DNA from: Hyaloraphidium curvatum SAG 235-1
Lineage: Eukaryota > Fungi > Monoblepharomycota
Assembly (NCBI GenBank): GCA_025558095.1
Contig: JAIVFI010000041.1
Location: 310,001 to 374,000, forward strand
Direction of reading: 5' to 3'
DNA: 64,000 nt
Positions 1 through 10,175 of this stretch are shown piece by piece. The position numbers were made by a program, and so were the translations under genes. Within the stretch, counting starts at the first letter, position 1. Each line of letters starts with the position of its first letter. The notes below the pieces were generated by a model. That model had not been told where the DNA came from, did no database searches, and saw only the letters and a list, made by a program, of their open reading frames with translations.

Positions 1-1
1 C

Positions 2-436
2 GTGCCTTTCGTGGCTGGCGTCGCCGCCATCGCCGCGGGCTCGTGCGTCCCGCTGTGGTGCCCCCTCGTCCTGCTCTTCTTTTTCTTCCTCGCCTTGAGG
101 GACCTCCTCGCCGTCGCCGCTGCCAACGCGCAGGTATCCACCACGCAGTCCCTCCTTCGGCGGGCGCACCGCGAAGCCGAGTCCATCCTCGCCCGCGCCT
201 CCGCCACGCCGGGGGGACCACCCCCTGGCCCCGCCGCCGCACTGGGCCACCACGCGGCGCTTCTGGCCGCCTACGCCGGGGACGCTTCGGCGGTCGCGAG
301 ATTCCTCGGGTTCGCGGCGGATTGGGGAAGCGCAAGGGCGGTCGCGGCCACGCTTCTCACCGTTGCCGTGGGACTGTGGTCTGTGCTGAGGTCCGCGGGG
401 GTGTACCTGACGCCGGACGTTGCTTGCTGGGCTTGA
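2..436 (+). CDS. 3' part of a GR-like/7TMIC-like seven-transmembrane family protein (copy 1, runs off window start)
   Basis: Carries the family motifs GSCVP, LxxVAAANAQV and ARFLGFAADWGSARAVAATLLTVAVGLWSVLRSAGVYLTPDVAC shared with eight other loci in the window. Confidence 0.8.
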   Translation: MPFVAGVAAIAAGSCVPLWCPLVLLFFFFLALRDLLAVAAANAQVSTTQSLLRRAHREAESILARASATPGGPPPGPAAALGHHAALLAAYAGDASAVARFLGFAADWGSARAVAATLLTVAVGLWSVLRSAGVYLTPDVACWA

Positions 437-907
437 GGTATCTGTGCAGAGCTGGCGAAGCAATCTCATCAAGCACGAATGCCAAACCCGGACGTCAGCG
501 ACCGTCGAATCCAATTCAAATACTTCGTTCTCCTGCACACGGCGATGACAGCTCGCTGCTCCCTGCCCGATTATTGTCCGTACCACTTGCATCCACGAGC
601 ATCGGCACCGGCAGGTCAATCCATCGATCGTCAATCTCCTTCCTTCTTTTCCGTGACCACGATGCCGCCTTTTGGGCGTGCGGCCCAATCACTAGTGCCC
701 CTACACCTGTCCGCAGTAGCCCGGCACTATTCTGGCCTACTGGCCAATGCAACAACTGGGTGGAATCTCTCCATCGTCAGCATCACCCTGAGGGACCTGT
801 ACACGCTCCATAGTACGAATCCTCTAATAAAGGAACTTCCTTCTCGCACATCTATCTGCTACTGGGAATCACCATCGTCTTCGTAGCCGGCGGATAGGGC
901 TTCCACG

Positions 908-1783
908 TCAACCCCAACGGATCACGAGAGGCACCATCTCCGTGTTGGACGGCCAATGACTCGGGTACCCTGCAGCTTCCACCGCGTGGGAGATCCAGTC
1001 CGAGTGCCCGATGATCGCGACGCGGGCCCACGGTCCGTCCAGGATCCACTTGAGCGTCCTCAAGGCGCGGAGCCTCACTTCAGAAGGGTCCTCGCGCGCA
1101 ACAGGATCGTGCCAAGGATCCTCGTCGCCCTCCAACAGGCCAAAATCGACCTCAGGATACGCTCCCCGGAGTTCGCCGCGAGCGCGCCGCATGTCACAGA
1201 TGTTGCGGCCGTGCCGCTCCCGGACCATCTCGGCGGCGACCACCGGCACCCTCTCCCAAAAGTCCTTGAAGCCAATCGCACCAGTTTCGAGAGCCCGCGT
1301 GAGCGGGGACACGACCAGCGCGTCCAGCTCTAGGCCGCCTTCCGCCGCACCCGAGACCGCGGCCCCCAGGTTCGCCGCCTGCTCCAAGCCGGCGTCGTTG
1401 AGCGGCGGGTCAAAGTACTTCGGGTCGGTGGCCTCCTCGCGCCACCTCTCCTTGCCCAGCTCGCGCTCGGCCGCGTTGTGGATGCCCTCCCCGTGCCGCA
1501 CCAGAAGGACCACCTTGGCGCCGGCGTCCCTCGCCGCGGCGAGCAGTTCCGTCCAGGAGTGTCCCGGAGAGACGCCGAGCTTAGAAACGTCCGAGTCGTT
1601 CCACTCGACGTGGGGGAGCGGGACGTGCGACAAAGTCCGCGGGTCGTCGGCAGGCGGGAACGGCGGGAGGGCGGGGAGGCGCGGCGGGGAAGCGGAGGAG
1701 AGCGACGCCGACGGCGGCATTGGGGCGAGGAAAAGGAGAGCGAAGGAGAGGAGGAGGACCCCGATGCTCCGAAAAATGGACAT
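908..1783 (-). CDS. Histidine phosphatase / phosphoglycerate-mutase-like protein (PMU1-like) with N-terminal signal or anchor
   Basis: LVRHGEGIHN catalytic motif, DPPLNDAGLEQA, SPLTRALET, ERHG..CD.R, late GHS His; hydrophobic N-terminus. Confidence 0.9.
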   Translation of the reverse strand: MSIFRSIGVLLLSFALLFLAPMPPSASLSSASPPRLPALPPFPPADDPRTLSHVPLPHVEWNDSDVSKLGVSPGHSWTELLAAARDAGAKVVLLVRHGEGIHNAAERELGKERWREEATDPKYFDPPLNDAGLEQAANLGAAVSGAAEGGLELDALVVSPLTRALETGAIGFKDFWERVPVVAAEMVRERHGRNICDMRRARGELRGAYPEVDFGLLEGDEDPWHDPVAREDPSEVRLRALRTLKWILDGPWARVAIIGHSDWISHAVEAAGYPSHWPSNTEMVPLVIRWG

Positions 1784-1921
1784 CGGCGCCGAGACGCGTC
1801 CCTGGCCGTTTCAAGCCCACCAGACGTCCCTGAAGCACTCCCCAAATCTCAACGGCCGGCGTATATATCATCCGCATGAAAACCGGATACAAGTCCAACT
1901 TCGAGATAGATTCCTAGCCAG

Positions 1922-3531
1922 CTATTTCGGAGTGTACGGCGTCTTTTTCCACGTCGGGCATCGCTTTTCCTGCCCGGGGACCTGGCCGTAACCGTTCTTG
2001 GCCAGCTCCCCCATGAAGCGGTCCATCCGCGCCACGATGTCCTTCATCTCGGCCATCTGCACTAGGATCCCCTTCCTGTTCTTGCTCCCGACCAGCTGGG
2101 CCTGGGTGAGGGCCTTGTAGCTGGATTTGAACCATGTGGGCTGCCTCGGCTTGATGTAGTTCTGCGGGCACGCGGACGGGGATCAGTTCCTTGAAAGATG
2201 CGGCCGGGCGCCGAGGATCTCGTACCTTGAACGCAGTGAGCTCGCTGTAGAAGATGTTGAGCGTGGACCAGGTCTGCACGGGGATGCCGGGGTCGAGCGC
2301 TTGCTCCCAGGCGTGCTCGTCGCCGTGCCGGACAAAGTTGCCTAGTCCGTAACCGTGAGCAAGCACCGCCGTCAGAACGTGCCAATGAACCCACAGTCTC
2401 TCGACCAGTTGACCCCGAAGCGCTTGGAATCCCTCGTCCTGTAAATGGCCGATGCGTTGGCGTCGTTGCAGTAGTAGTGACTGCTCCTGTCCGCGAGCTC
2501 GTGGAGGTAGATGCCGTACCGCACCCAGATCTCGGGGACCGTCTGCCCGGTGGTGTTGCTCTTGGCAAAGGGAGAGGCGGCCATGTACGGGCCGAGCTGG
2601 CGAACGCGGGTTATGTTCTTCAGGCGGATTCGCGGTCAGCGGAAGAATGGCGCCGACAGCGAGTGGATCAACGCACGGTTATGGTCGCCGGGGTCGGATC
2701 GGAGCAGTCCGGGTCTCCGACGCAGTCAAAGTCGACGATCTGCTCGCCTAGTGTCGTGTTGGCGTTGGACGCGGGGATGGGGCCGATGATAATGAACTCC
2801 TCAATCGGCGGACGGAAGGTGTTGTCGATGAAGGAACCGTCGTCCAGGCATTTCGTGCCCTGAGCGGCGAGATCAGATCAGTGGCCGCAAGGCGCGATCA
2901 CATCCGGGCTCACCCTAAAGTAGTTCCCGTTGCGGGGCACGGTGATCCCGGCGGCACAGAGCAGGTTGGATCTCCCCCAGGCCCAAGTGCGGGCCTGGGC
3001 CAGCATCCCCTCGGAGTTGTAGTCCGTCACGGCGGGGGCCAGCCCGTTGGTGGGGGGCCGGTTGAACCCGAAGAGGATGCCCATGTGGCGGTGGAAGCTG
3101 CCGGTGATCGTCGCGGTCCTCATCATCCCGCGCATCTTGGGGGGGAACCACTTGGCTTCCAGCGGGGTTCCGCACGAGTCCGTCGGGGTCCACTGCGCGT
3201 AATCGATGGTGTTGGAGCTGGCGGCGAACCAGTACGCGGCCTCGGGTGTGAAGCCGAGCGCCTGGGCCATGAAGAAGATAGCATCGAAGTGGATGAAGCC
3301 CCTGCACGCGGTGGAGGCGAAGGTCCTGGCCCCCGAAACGAGGTTCGAAGCCACGCAAAGGGGGTTTGTCCCGTTGACTTGGCAACCGAGTGTGATCGAC
3401 GACTGGAAGAGCATCGTCACGTCGCCGTCGGCGAAGCACGCGTCTTCAAGGTACGCCGACGCCGGGGCGACCAGCGAGACGGAGAGGATCAGGGCGAGGA
3501 ACGCGGCGGCCGAGCGACGCGGGCGGTGCAT
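1922..3531 (-). CDS. Secreted multi-exon protein, probable zinc-dependent phospholipase C/P1-nuclease-fold hydrolase
   Basis: Signal peptide MHRPRRSAAAFLALILSVSLVAPASA; intron 2913-2860 plus further short introns join ORFs 2878-3612, 2372-2584, 1914-2366 and a last exon ending PYTPK*; motifs IHFDAIFFMAQALGF..AAYWFA....ID and GIYLHELADRSSH. Confidence 0.6.
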
Positions 3532-4199
3532 CCTGGCGCCACGGAGCGGTGCCCTTCGACGCGCCGCGCTGCGGGAAGTGGGGAGTGCGACTGGAGGCCG
3601 GCACTGCGCCAAGTCCGCGTTTTGCCGTTGGCGATTGACGCGTGTTTGGGGCAGGGGGGTCTCGTGAGGGACGCCGATGGGGACAAGGGGTTCAAGCCGC
3701 CCGTCCCCCTAACCAGCCCGGCCCACGCGGCCGCGGGACGCGGCGAATTCATGCATCATGGGCGAACTTTGAGTGTGGATGCGATTCCTGGGACAGTAGT
3801 GGTGCACGGTAGGGTGCGCGGGTTCTCCACGGCTCCGGCCCGGCGAAATTGTGGGGTAAGCATGAACCGGTTTTCGCTGCGCCGTTAGCCGCCCGGACTA
3901 CCGGAAAGCCCTGGCAACTCCTCCAACGTCCGTGTTGGACCAAAGATCAGGACAAATTCGGCGTGACTGATGACGGAAGTCCGCGAGTTGAGTACCCGGA
4001 GTCGACGTCGCGCGTTTACGCATCCAAGGAAAGCCGTGGCGGCGAACACCTCCATTTGAGCATCTCCTTGGGCGGGGCACATGGCGGGTTCGAACGCGGA
4101 TGAGCTCGCCAGTCCGCACACCATGGATGCCGGACGATGTAGCTGCGCCAATGGCACGCACGCCGTCGGGAGGCGCGCAGACGTCACCGGGCACCGAGA

Positions 4200-4931
4200 T
4201 CAGGATCCCACCGCCCTCTTCACCTCCTCCACCAGCTCCTCCAACCGCACCGCCCCCTCCCACAGCAAATCGGCACCCTCCCCGCCCCCCACCACCACCG
4301 CCGCCGCGTGCGTCCCCGCGACTACCCCCCGCCCGACGAACCACGCCCTGTCCGCGTCCGGATCCCCGGTTGGGAACTCCAGCCGGTCCGAAACAGGGTC
4401 CGCGCCCAGCCCGCCGCGGAGCACGGATGTGATGCCCCGACGAGAGGCCTTGGCGAAGGCTTCCTTGGCCGTCCATATCCGCGCGAACCCGGCTTCCCTC
4501 TCCCCGGGGGGGAGCGAGGCCAAGTACCCCCGCTCCCTTTCCGTCAATTTGCGCAGCACGCGCGGCGGGATGTGCCGGGAGAGCGGCTCGACGTCCAGGC
4601 CCAAAGGGAGGGAGGGGGAGGGCGACGCGGCGGCGGCGGCCATCCCCGCGGCGTGGGAGAGGCTGAACGACGGCGCGGGGCCCGGCAGCGCGACGAACGG
4701 GCGTCCGTCGTCTCCGACGGAAATCGGCACGTCCGCCGGCCGCGTTCGGAGAACGGGAGCGAGCATCAGCCGCGCCAGCGCGCGGGCGGCGGCGTGCTCC
4801 AGGTGGCGCGCGGGGGAGGCGAGATGGGGGAGGCGCGTGCGTTCGGCGGGGGAAAGGATGGGGAATAGCGCGTCCGGAGAGGGCGGAGAGGGAGGGAGGA
4901 GGACGGCGCGGACGGTGACGCGGGGAGGCAT
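4200..4931 (-). CDS. 4'-phosphopantetheinyl transferase (Sfp-type / ACPS superfamily)
   Basis: GRP, FSLSH, GLDVE, LTERE and WTAKEAFAKA motifs; start taken at MPPRVTV. Confidence 0.9.
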   Translation of the reverse strand: MPPRVTVRAVLLPPSPPSPDALFPILSPAERTRLPHLASPARHLEHAAARALARLMLAPVLRTRPADVPISVGDDGRPFVALPGPAPSFSLSHAAGMAAAAASPSPSLPLGLDVEPLSRHIPPRVLRKLTERERGYLASLPPGEREAGFARIWTAKEAFAKASRRGITSVLRGGLGADPVSDRLEFPTGDPDADRAWFVGRGVVAGTHAAAVVVGGGEGADLLWEGAVRLEELVEEVKRAVGS

Positions 4932-5104
4932 GCTCCGGGACCGAGACGCGATCGGTGTGTTTGCGCGGCGTCGTGCCGATCCGTCCAACCCCGAGCTGCT
5001 CGTTCGGACCGAGGCATGGAGCCGCAGGATGTCGAGGCAGGCCATGGCCGGGTATCAAGCATTTAGCTGCAGAGTCAGGGCGATACACGAATACCGCCTG
5101 GCGA

Positions 5105-5761
5105 TCACACGAACGCATTCACCACGAGCGGGTTCGGCACGTAGCCCCTGCACCACTCCTGCCACCTGAATCTACCCTGGACCACCTTCCGCACCGACAC
5201 CTCGAACTGCTTGTGCCCGTCCGCATCCGCCCTCCTGGCCGCCCACACACCCCTCTCGGAATCCGCCCACCCCTCGCCGCCGACTGAGTAGGTCGACGTG
5301 GCGGGCCAGCAGTCCAGCGACGCCCCGAACTTGGGCGTGCCGATGGTGGGGTTGGAGGCGACGATCCAGTACGCTGGCGTCCACGTGCCGGAGGCCTCGT
5401 CGGGTAGGTACAGCAGCAGGTCGACGTCGTACGACGGCGAGCCCCGGGAGCCTGAGTACGACGCGCATTCGCCCGGTTGGAGCAGCCGCGGCTCGCGGAG
5501 CTCAAGGGGGTCGCCCGGCTTGGCGGGGACTTCCATTTCCATGGGCGCCGGGGCGGGGCCGAAGCGGTGGGCGACGGCGAGGGGGGGTTGGAGGCCCGAG
5601 GGAAGGCGGGGGAGGTGGTTGCACACGCGGACGCGGGTGGGGGCGGCAAGGCCGCGTTCTTCGAGGAAGGGGCCGGGGAGGGGGGCGCCGGTGCAGGGGG
5701 CGGCGAGGGCGGCGGCGAAGAGGGCGGCGAGGAGGCCGATGCGGCGGATGGCGGATGCCAT
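5105..5761 (-). CDS. Small secreted protein of unknown function
   Basis: Signal peptide MASAIRRIGLLAALFAAALA; beta-rich body with SNPTIGTP; the 3' end may be spliced differently. Confidence 0.6.
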   Translation of the reverse strand: MASAIRRIGLLAALFAAALAAPCTGAPLPGPFLEERGLAAPTRVRVCNHLPRLPSGLQPPLAVAHRFGPAPAPMEMEVPAKPGDPLELREPRLLQPGECASYSGSRGSPSYDVDLLLYLPDEASGTWTPAYWIVASNPTIGTPKFGASLDCWPATSTYSVGGEGWADSERGVWAARRADADGHKQFEVSVRKVVQGRFRWQEWCRGYVPNPLVVNAFV

Positions 5762-6080
5762 GTCGGGAGGGGCTGGCGGGTTGGGTTCGGATCGCGTCGC
5801 AGGCTCGCCGGGGACGGTGCCGGAGACGATGCGGCGCATTGTTCTAAGTACTGATTTCTTCCGGGACCAATTGGATGACCCGGGGGGCTGCGGAGTTTTC
5901 GGACGGCATTCGATTCGGGGCGCAGCCCGGCCGAATTCCAGGGGTGCACAGCCGTCGCACGTGGACCGGACCCACCAGCATCATCCGGCCGGGAGGCACT
6001 AAAATCGGCACCACAGCGGACCCCGGGCGTCAGACCCGACGACACCACCTTCTGCCGCAGTAGACCGCACATCGCCGAAG

Positions 6081-9000
6081 ATGCGCCTGCGATTCGCGCT
6101 CCTCGTCCTCGCCGGGCTCGTCGCCGCGGCGGCCGCCGACGAGGCGCCCGTCGCAGTGCAGCCGCCGCTGCAGACGGCGTTCGTGTGCCACGGCGCCGAG
6201 CCCGTCGTTGCCGCGTGCCCCGCCGGCACGGCCATCGCCGTCGCCGACGCGTTCTACGGCGGCGACGACGAGCTCAGCCTCGACTGCCCCGCCGCGCCGA
6301 CCGACTGCGCGCACCCGCCCGCCCGCGCCGCCGCCGTCGTGCTCGCCGCCGCGCGCGTCTGCAACGGCAAGCCGGACTGTGCGCTCGCGCAGGACGCCCT
6401 GCTGCCGGTCGGCGACCCGTGCATTGGCGTAAACAAGGCAATCAGGCTGCGCTACGAGTGCGTGCAGCCCGCCGCCGCCGTTGCCCCCAGCAGCCCGCCC
6501 TCGGACGCCGCCATGTTCGCCCGCCGCCCCGGCACCTACGCGGGCGCAGGCTGCCCGTCGCTGCAGGCCGCCCTCGACGCCGGAAACAGGGCTGGCTACC
6601 GCTTCGTCAAGGACACCGAGGCGCCCATCAGGCTGCAGTTCGCTGACCTGGACCTGACGCAGCTGGATGCCAAGATCCGCGAGGCGACGGGAGGTGCCCT
6701 GGGGGTAGACACCGCAGCCAACATCGACATCGTCGCCGTAAACGTCCTGCTTCCTGCCGGCTCCGCCGTGTCCATCGGCAGGCACGCGAAAGCAAAGGTA
6801 GCGCTCTCCATCACCGCCATCAACATCGTCGCCGGGCCAGGGAGCAGGCTGGTGGTCTACTCGCTCGACGAGCGCGCGGACCCGCTGCCGGGCCCCGACG
6901 TCATTGTCCGCGCCGCGCGGATCATGGGCGAGCTGCACATCGACCAGAACGGGCTGGGCACGGACGACCCAGTGGGCCCCAAGGTCGGGCCGTTCAGCTA
7001 CAAGCGTGGGGCCGTCGGCGCGATCGATCGGCACGGGGCGATCTCTGATGACATCGCCACCCCCGTCCAGTCAACCCCTACAACGGTCCCAAGATCGGCG
7101 CCGACGGCCAGCCCAACTACGGCCTCGGCACGCACGGCCTCGCCAACATGCGCCCCGAGAACCTGCTCGTTCGGCAGATTCCCATCCGCGTCGCTTCACA
7201 CCCAGACGACTGCAACGGGACCCTGCTCTGCACAACGGACCCGGCCAACTACGACGCCATGTCGCCCTCGCAGGAGCTTACCGGGCTGCATCTTCAGACC
7301 TTCTACGCGCGCACCTGGCCCTCCGCCGCTCCCCAGGGCCAGAAGTTCGCGAGGTGGGGCACCAACGCGGACCGCTTCTCGTGGCCGGGCAAGGACGCTT
7401 GGGGCTCCGTCGACGCGAGGGTGGGCGGGTTCCTCCCCTTCGACGGGGAAGGCGCGCCATCCGCCTCGGGGGTGCGCGGGGAGAGGGGGATCGCGGCGTC
7501 GGCCGAGCACGAGGTGCGGCTGGAGGAGGACCCGGCGCAGATGTCCGAGATCCCGGGGGGCGTATTTCGCGCGCTGCGGGAGGTCAACGCCGCGCGTATG
7601 CGAGACCCGGAGGCGGTGCCGGAGCTCAACTACATCAAGCACGAGTGGCTGCGGGAATCGTTCGGGAGGCACAAGCACTTCCGGTACGAAGCCGTGCACA
7701 CCCCGCTGCTCGCGGACCCGGAGGCGTGGGGAGGTCCGGCACCGGAGGCGCTCGAGATCCTGGAGCTCTGCCTCGCCGAGACTGTCTCGGCGTCCCGCTT
7801 CGCCGAGGCCGCCGCGCGCGTGGCTGACCTCGCCGACGTGCTGCCCGACGCTGGGGGCGACGGCGACCCCGCGGCGTCAGCGGCGGTGGGCCGCATCCTG
7901 GGCGCGCACAGCGGGCTGCTTACGGGGCGGAGGGAACAGGCGATCGCCGTGGTGCCGTACCTCTCCGTGGACGCCATCTCGGGCCGGGTGAGTAAGGAGC
8001 TGGAGCACCTCCTCCAGCTCGAGGCAGAGGTGGGAAAGATCAACGCACAGGCGTCGTCGGTGGACGTCGCGCGACAGGCCGTCAGGCTGGGCACCGTCGC
8101 CGTCGAAGGGCAGGTGGCCAACTACGAGGGCGAGCTGGCGGCCTCGCAGACCTTCATTACTGCGCTGCAGCAGAAGGAGGCAGACATGCAGAAGGCCTAC
8201 GACGCGCTGCAGCCCGAGATGGAGGCGGCGGCGGCCAACTTCAAGAAAGCGCTGGAGAAGAAGCTCGCCATCGAGCTCACGTTTGCCGCCGTGGCCCTGA
8301 TCGGCGAGTTCAGCAACGCCCTCTTTGTCTTTTCGGCCGCACGCAAGGCGGTCAACGTCTTGAAGGATGTCAAGGAGAATGAGACGCAGGCCAAGCGGGC
8401 CTTCACCGAGATGGACAAGCTGGTCAAGGTGCTCGAGCTCATCGGCAAGTCTATCCAGCAGCTCCGGTACCTCAGCAGGGTTCGTCTGCGGGCGCGGTCC
8501 CGGTGCCGCGGGAAGCTCACGCCGCCTTGCGCCTACCTTTGCAGGCGATCCAGCCGGTGTACGCCGTCGCCATCGCCACGCACAACTCGAAGCCCATCAT
8601 GCTCAGCAAGGCGAACATCACCGAGTACTTTTCCACCGTGGTCGATTCGGGGTCCCTCTCCACGCTGGCGACGAGCGCGCTCGGGTACCAGGAGCTTAAG
8701 GACGCGGCGTACATCGCCTTCCAACCCGCCGTGGCCCTGGGCGTATCCGCGGCCACCAACGTCTCGCAGACCATGGCCAAGATCGCCAACGTCGGCGCGG
8801 AGCTCGTGGCGACGCAGACCCAGCTGCTCTCGGCCATGAACGCCCACGTACTCTCGGCCTACAAGCTGCAGTCGGCCCGCAAGCAGGCCGAGCTGGTCGC
8901 CAAGGATCGCGACGACCTGGACCGAGACGCGCAGGCGCTCGTCCGGGCGGCGTTCAGGCTCAACCAGGCCATGATCGCGCAGAAAGGCGTTGCGCTCGCG

Positions 9001-9708
9001 CGGGTGTACGAGGCCTGCCGCGCGTACGAGTTTGCCCAGACCCGAGCGTGCCCCGTCGAGCTGCCTGGGCTGGACAGTCCGGCCGGGGACTTTGCACGCC
9101 AGATCGAGTCGGTCGCCCTCGAGGGGCTCAAGCCCGAGAGCTACATGAGCCAGTGCTACTGCGGCGCGGCGTTCAACCTCACCGACCCGGCACTGATTGC
9201 GGACCTGCGGGCCAACGCCAGCGCGACGGTGGATCTCACGGGGCTCTACAGGGATTCGCACCTGGCGGTGCTGGACAACGTGCACCTGGCGCGGATCGAC
9301 GTGCGGCCGCACGGGGTCGCCCCGCCCGAGGGAGCATCCAAGCCCGTGCTTTCGATGGTGCTCTCCACGGACGGCTACTACCTCAACACCGATTCTGTCG
9401 CCGGCACGAAGGCTGTGCGGAGCTTCCTCGCCCCCGGGTTCACCGTCGCCAACCAGGTCCGGCCGACCGTGGGGTGGCAGGTGCTCGTGGCCGGGCGCTT
9501 CACGGACCAGGAGGCCGCGCGTTTTTTTTCCGCGACGCCGTTCGCGCGGTTCGCGCTCGCCGAGCACCCGCTGGGGGAGAAGTGGGACTGGTCGGGGGTC
9601 GAGGCGCTCGAGGTCGTCCTCAGCGGGTGGGGCAGGGCGAGCACCGCGTCATCGTGGCGGGTAGGGGAGCAGACCATGGTTGGCAATACGTGCGGTTCGT
9701 GCTGGTGA
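6081..9708 (+). CDS. Secreted SUEL/galactose-rhamnose-lectin plus putative pore-forming toxin-like protein, paralog A (~1165 aa, 3 exons)
   Basis: Signal peptide; SUEL pattern CPAG..IAVADAFYG...CNGKPDC...GDPCIGVNKAIRLRYEC; introns 7006-7070 and 8480-8544 restore one frame; VPYLS followed by a coiled-coil region and hydrophobic hairpin; C-terminus ATPFARF...WDWSGVEALEVVLSG. Confidence 0.75.
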
Positions 9709-10175
9709 TTTCACCTTCGACGCATAGAAATGGGGCACCGAATCGGCCTGGTTACTCGCGTCGATCCGATCGGCGCTCCCCGCTCCCCGTGCGACTCCTG
9801 CGGCCGGTTTCCCGTCAGCGGCAGTACCGAAGCGTCCCCGAGGAGCGGGGCCCTCGCGACCGACAAACTAGCTGCGGACTATGGACCCTGGGGCTTTGCT
9901 GGTCCCCGGGCCGACACTTCCTGCGCCAGAGCGTCCATTCGCAGCGCTCGGCGGCCTCCGTGGGAAGGAAAGGAAGTGGGGCGACTTCTGCGAGCAGCGG
10001 GCTGCAACACCGGCTGTGTGCCAAGCCCGACCTATTGGAAAAATGGATCCTTCGTTCGGTGGCCGGAGCTGTGCGCTGCGCCCGCGGGGAAACTTCAGGG
10101 CGGCTGGCGGACGGGGCTGGGTTCAAAAGGAGCGGGCCGATCGGCCGTCCGCGCCAAAGCTCTCCCACATTCGCC

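Noticed and set aside
440-900. Lower-GC stretch with ORF 479-886
   Set aside because: No recognisable motif or codon bias; treated as intergenic or degenerate
4200-4931. PPTase as a marker of a secondary-metabolite cluster
   Set aside because: No PKS, NRPS or carrier-protein gene is in the window; the PPTase is probably housekeeping
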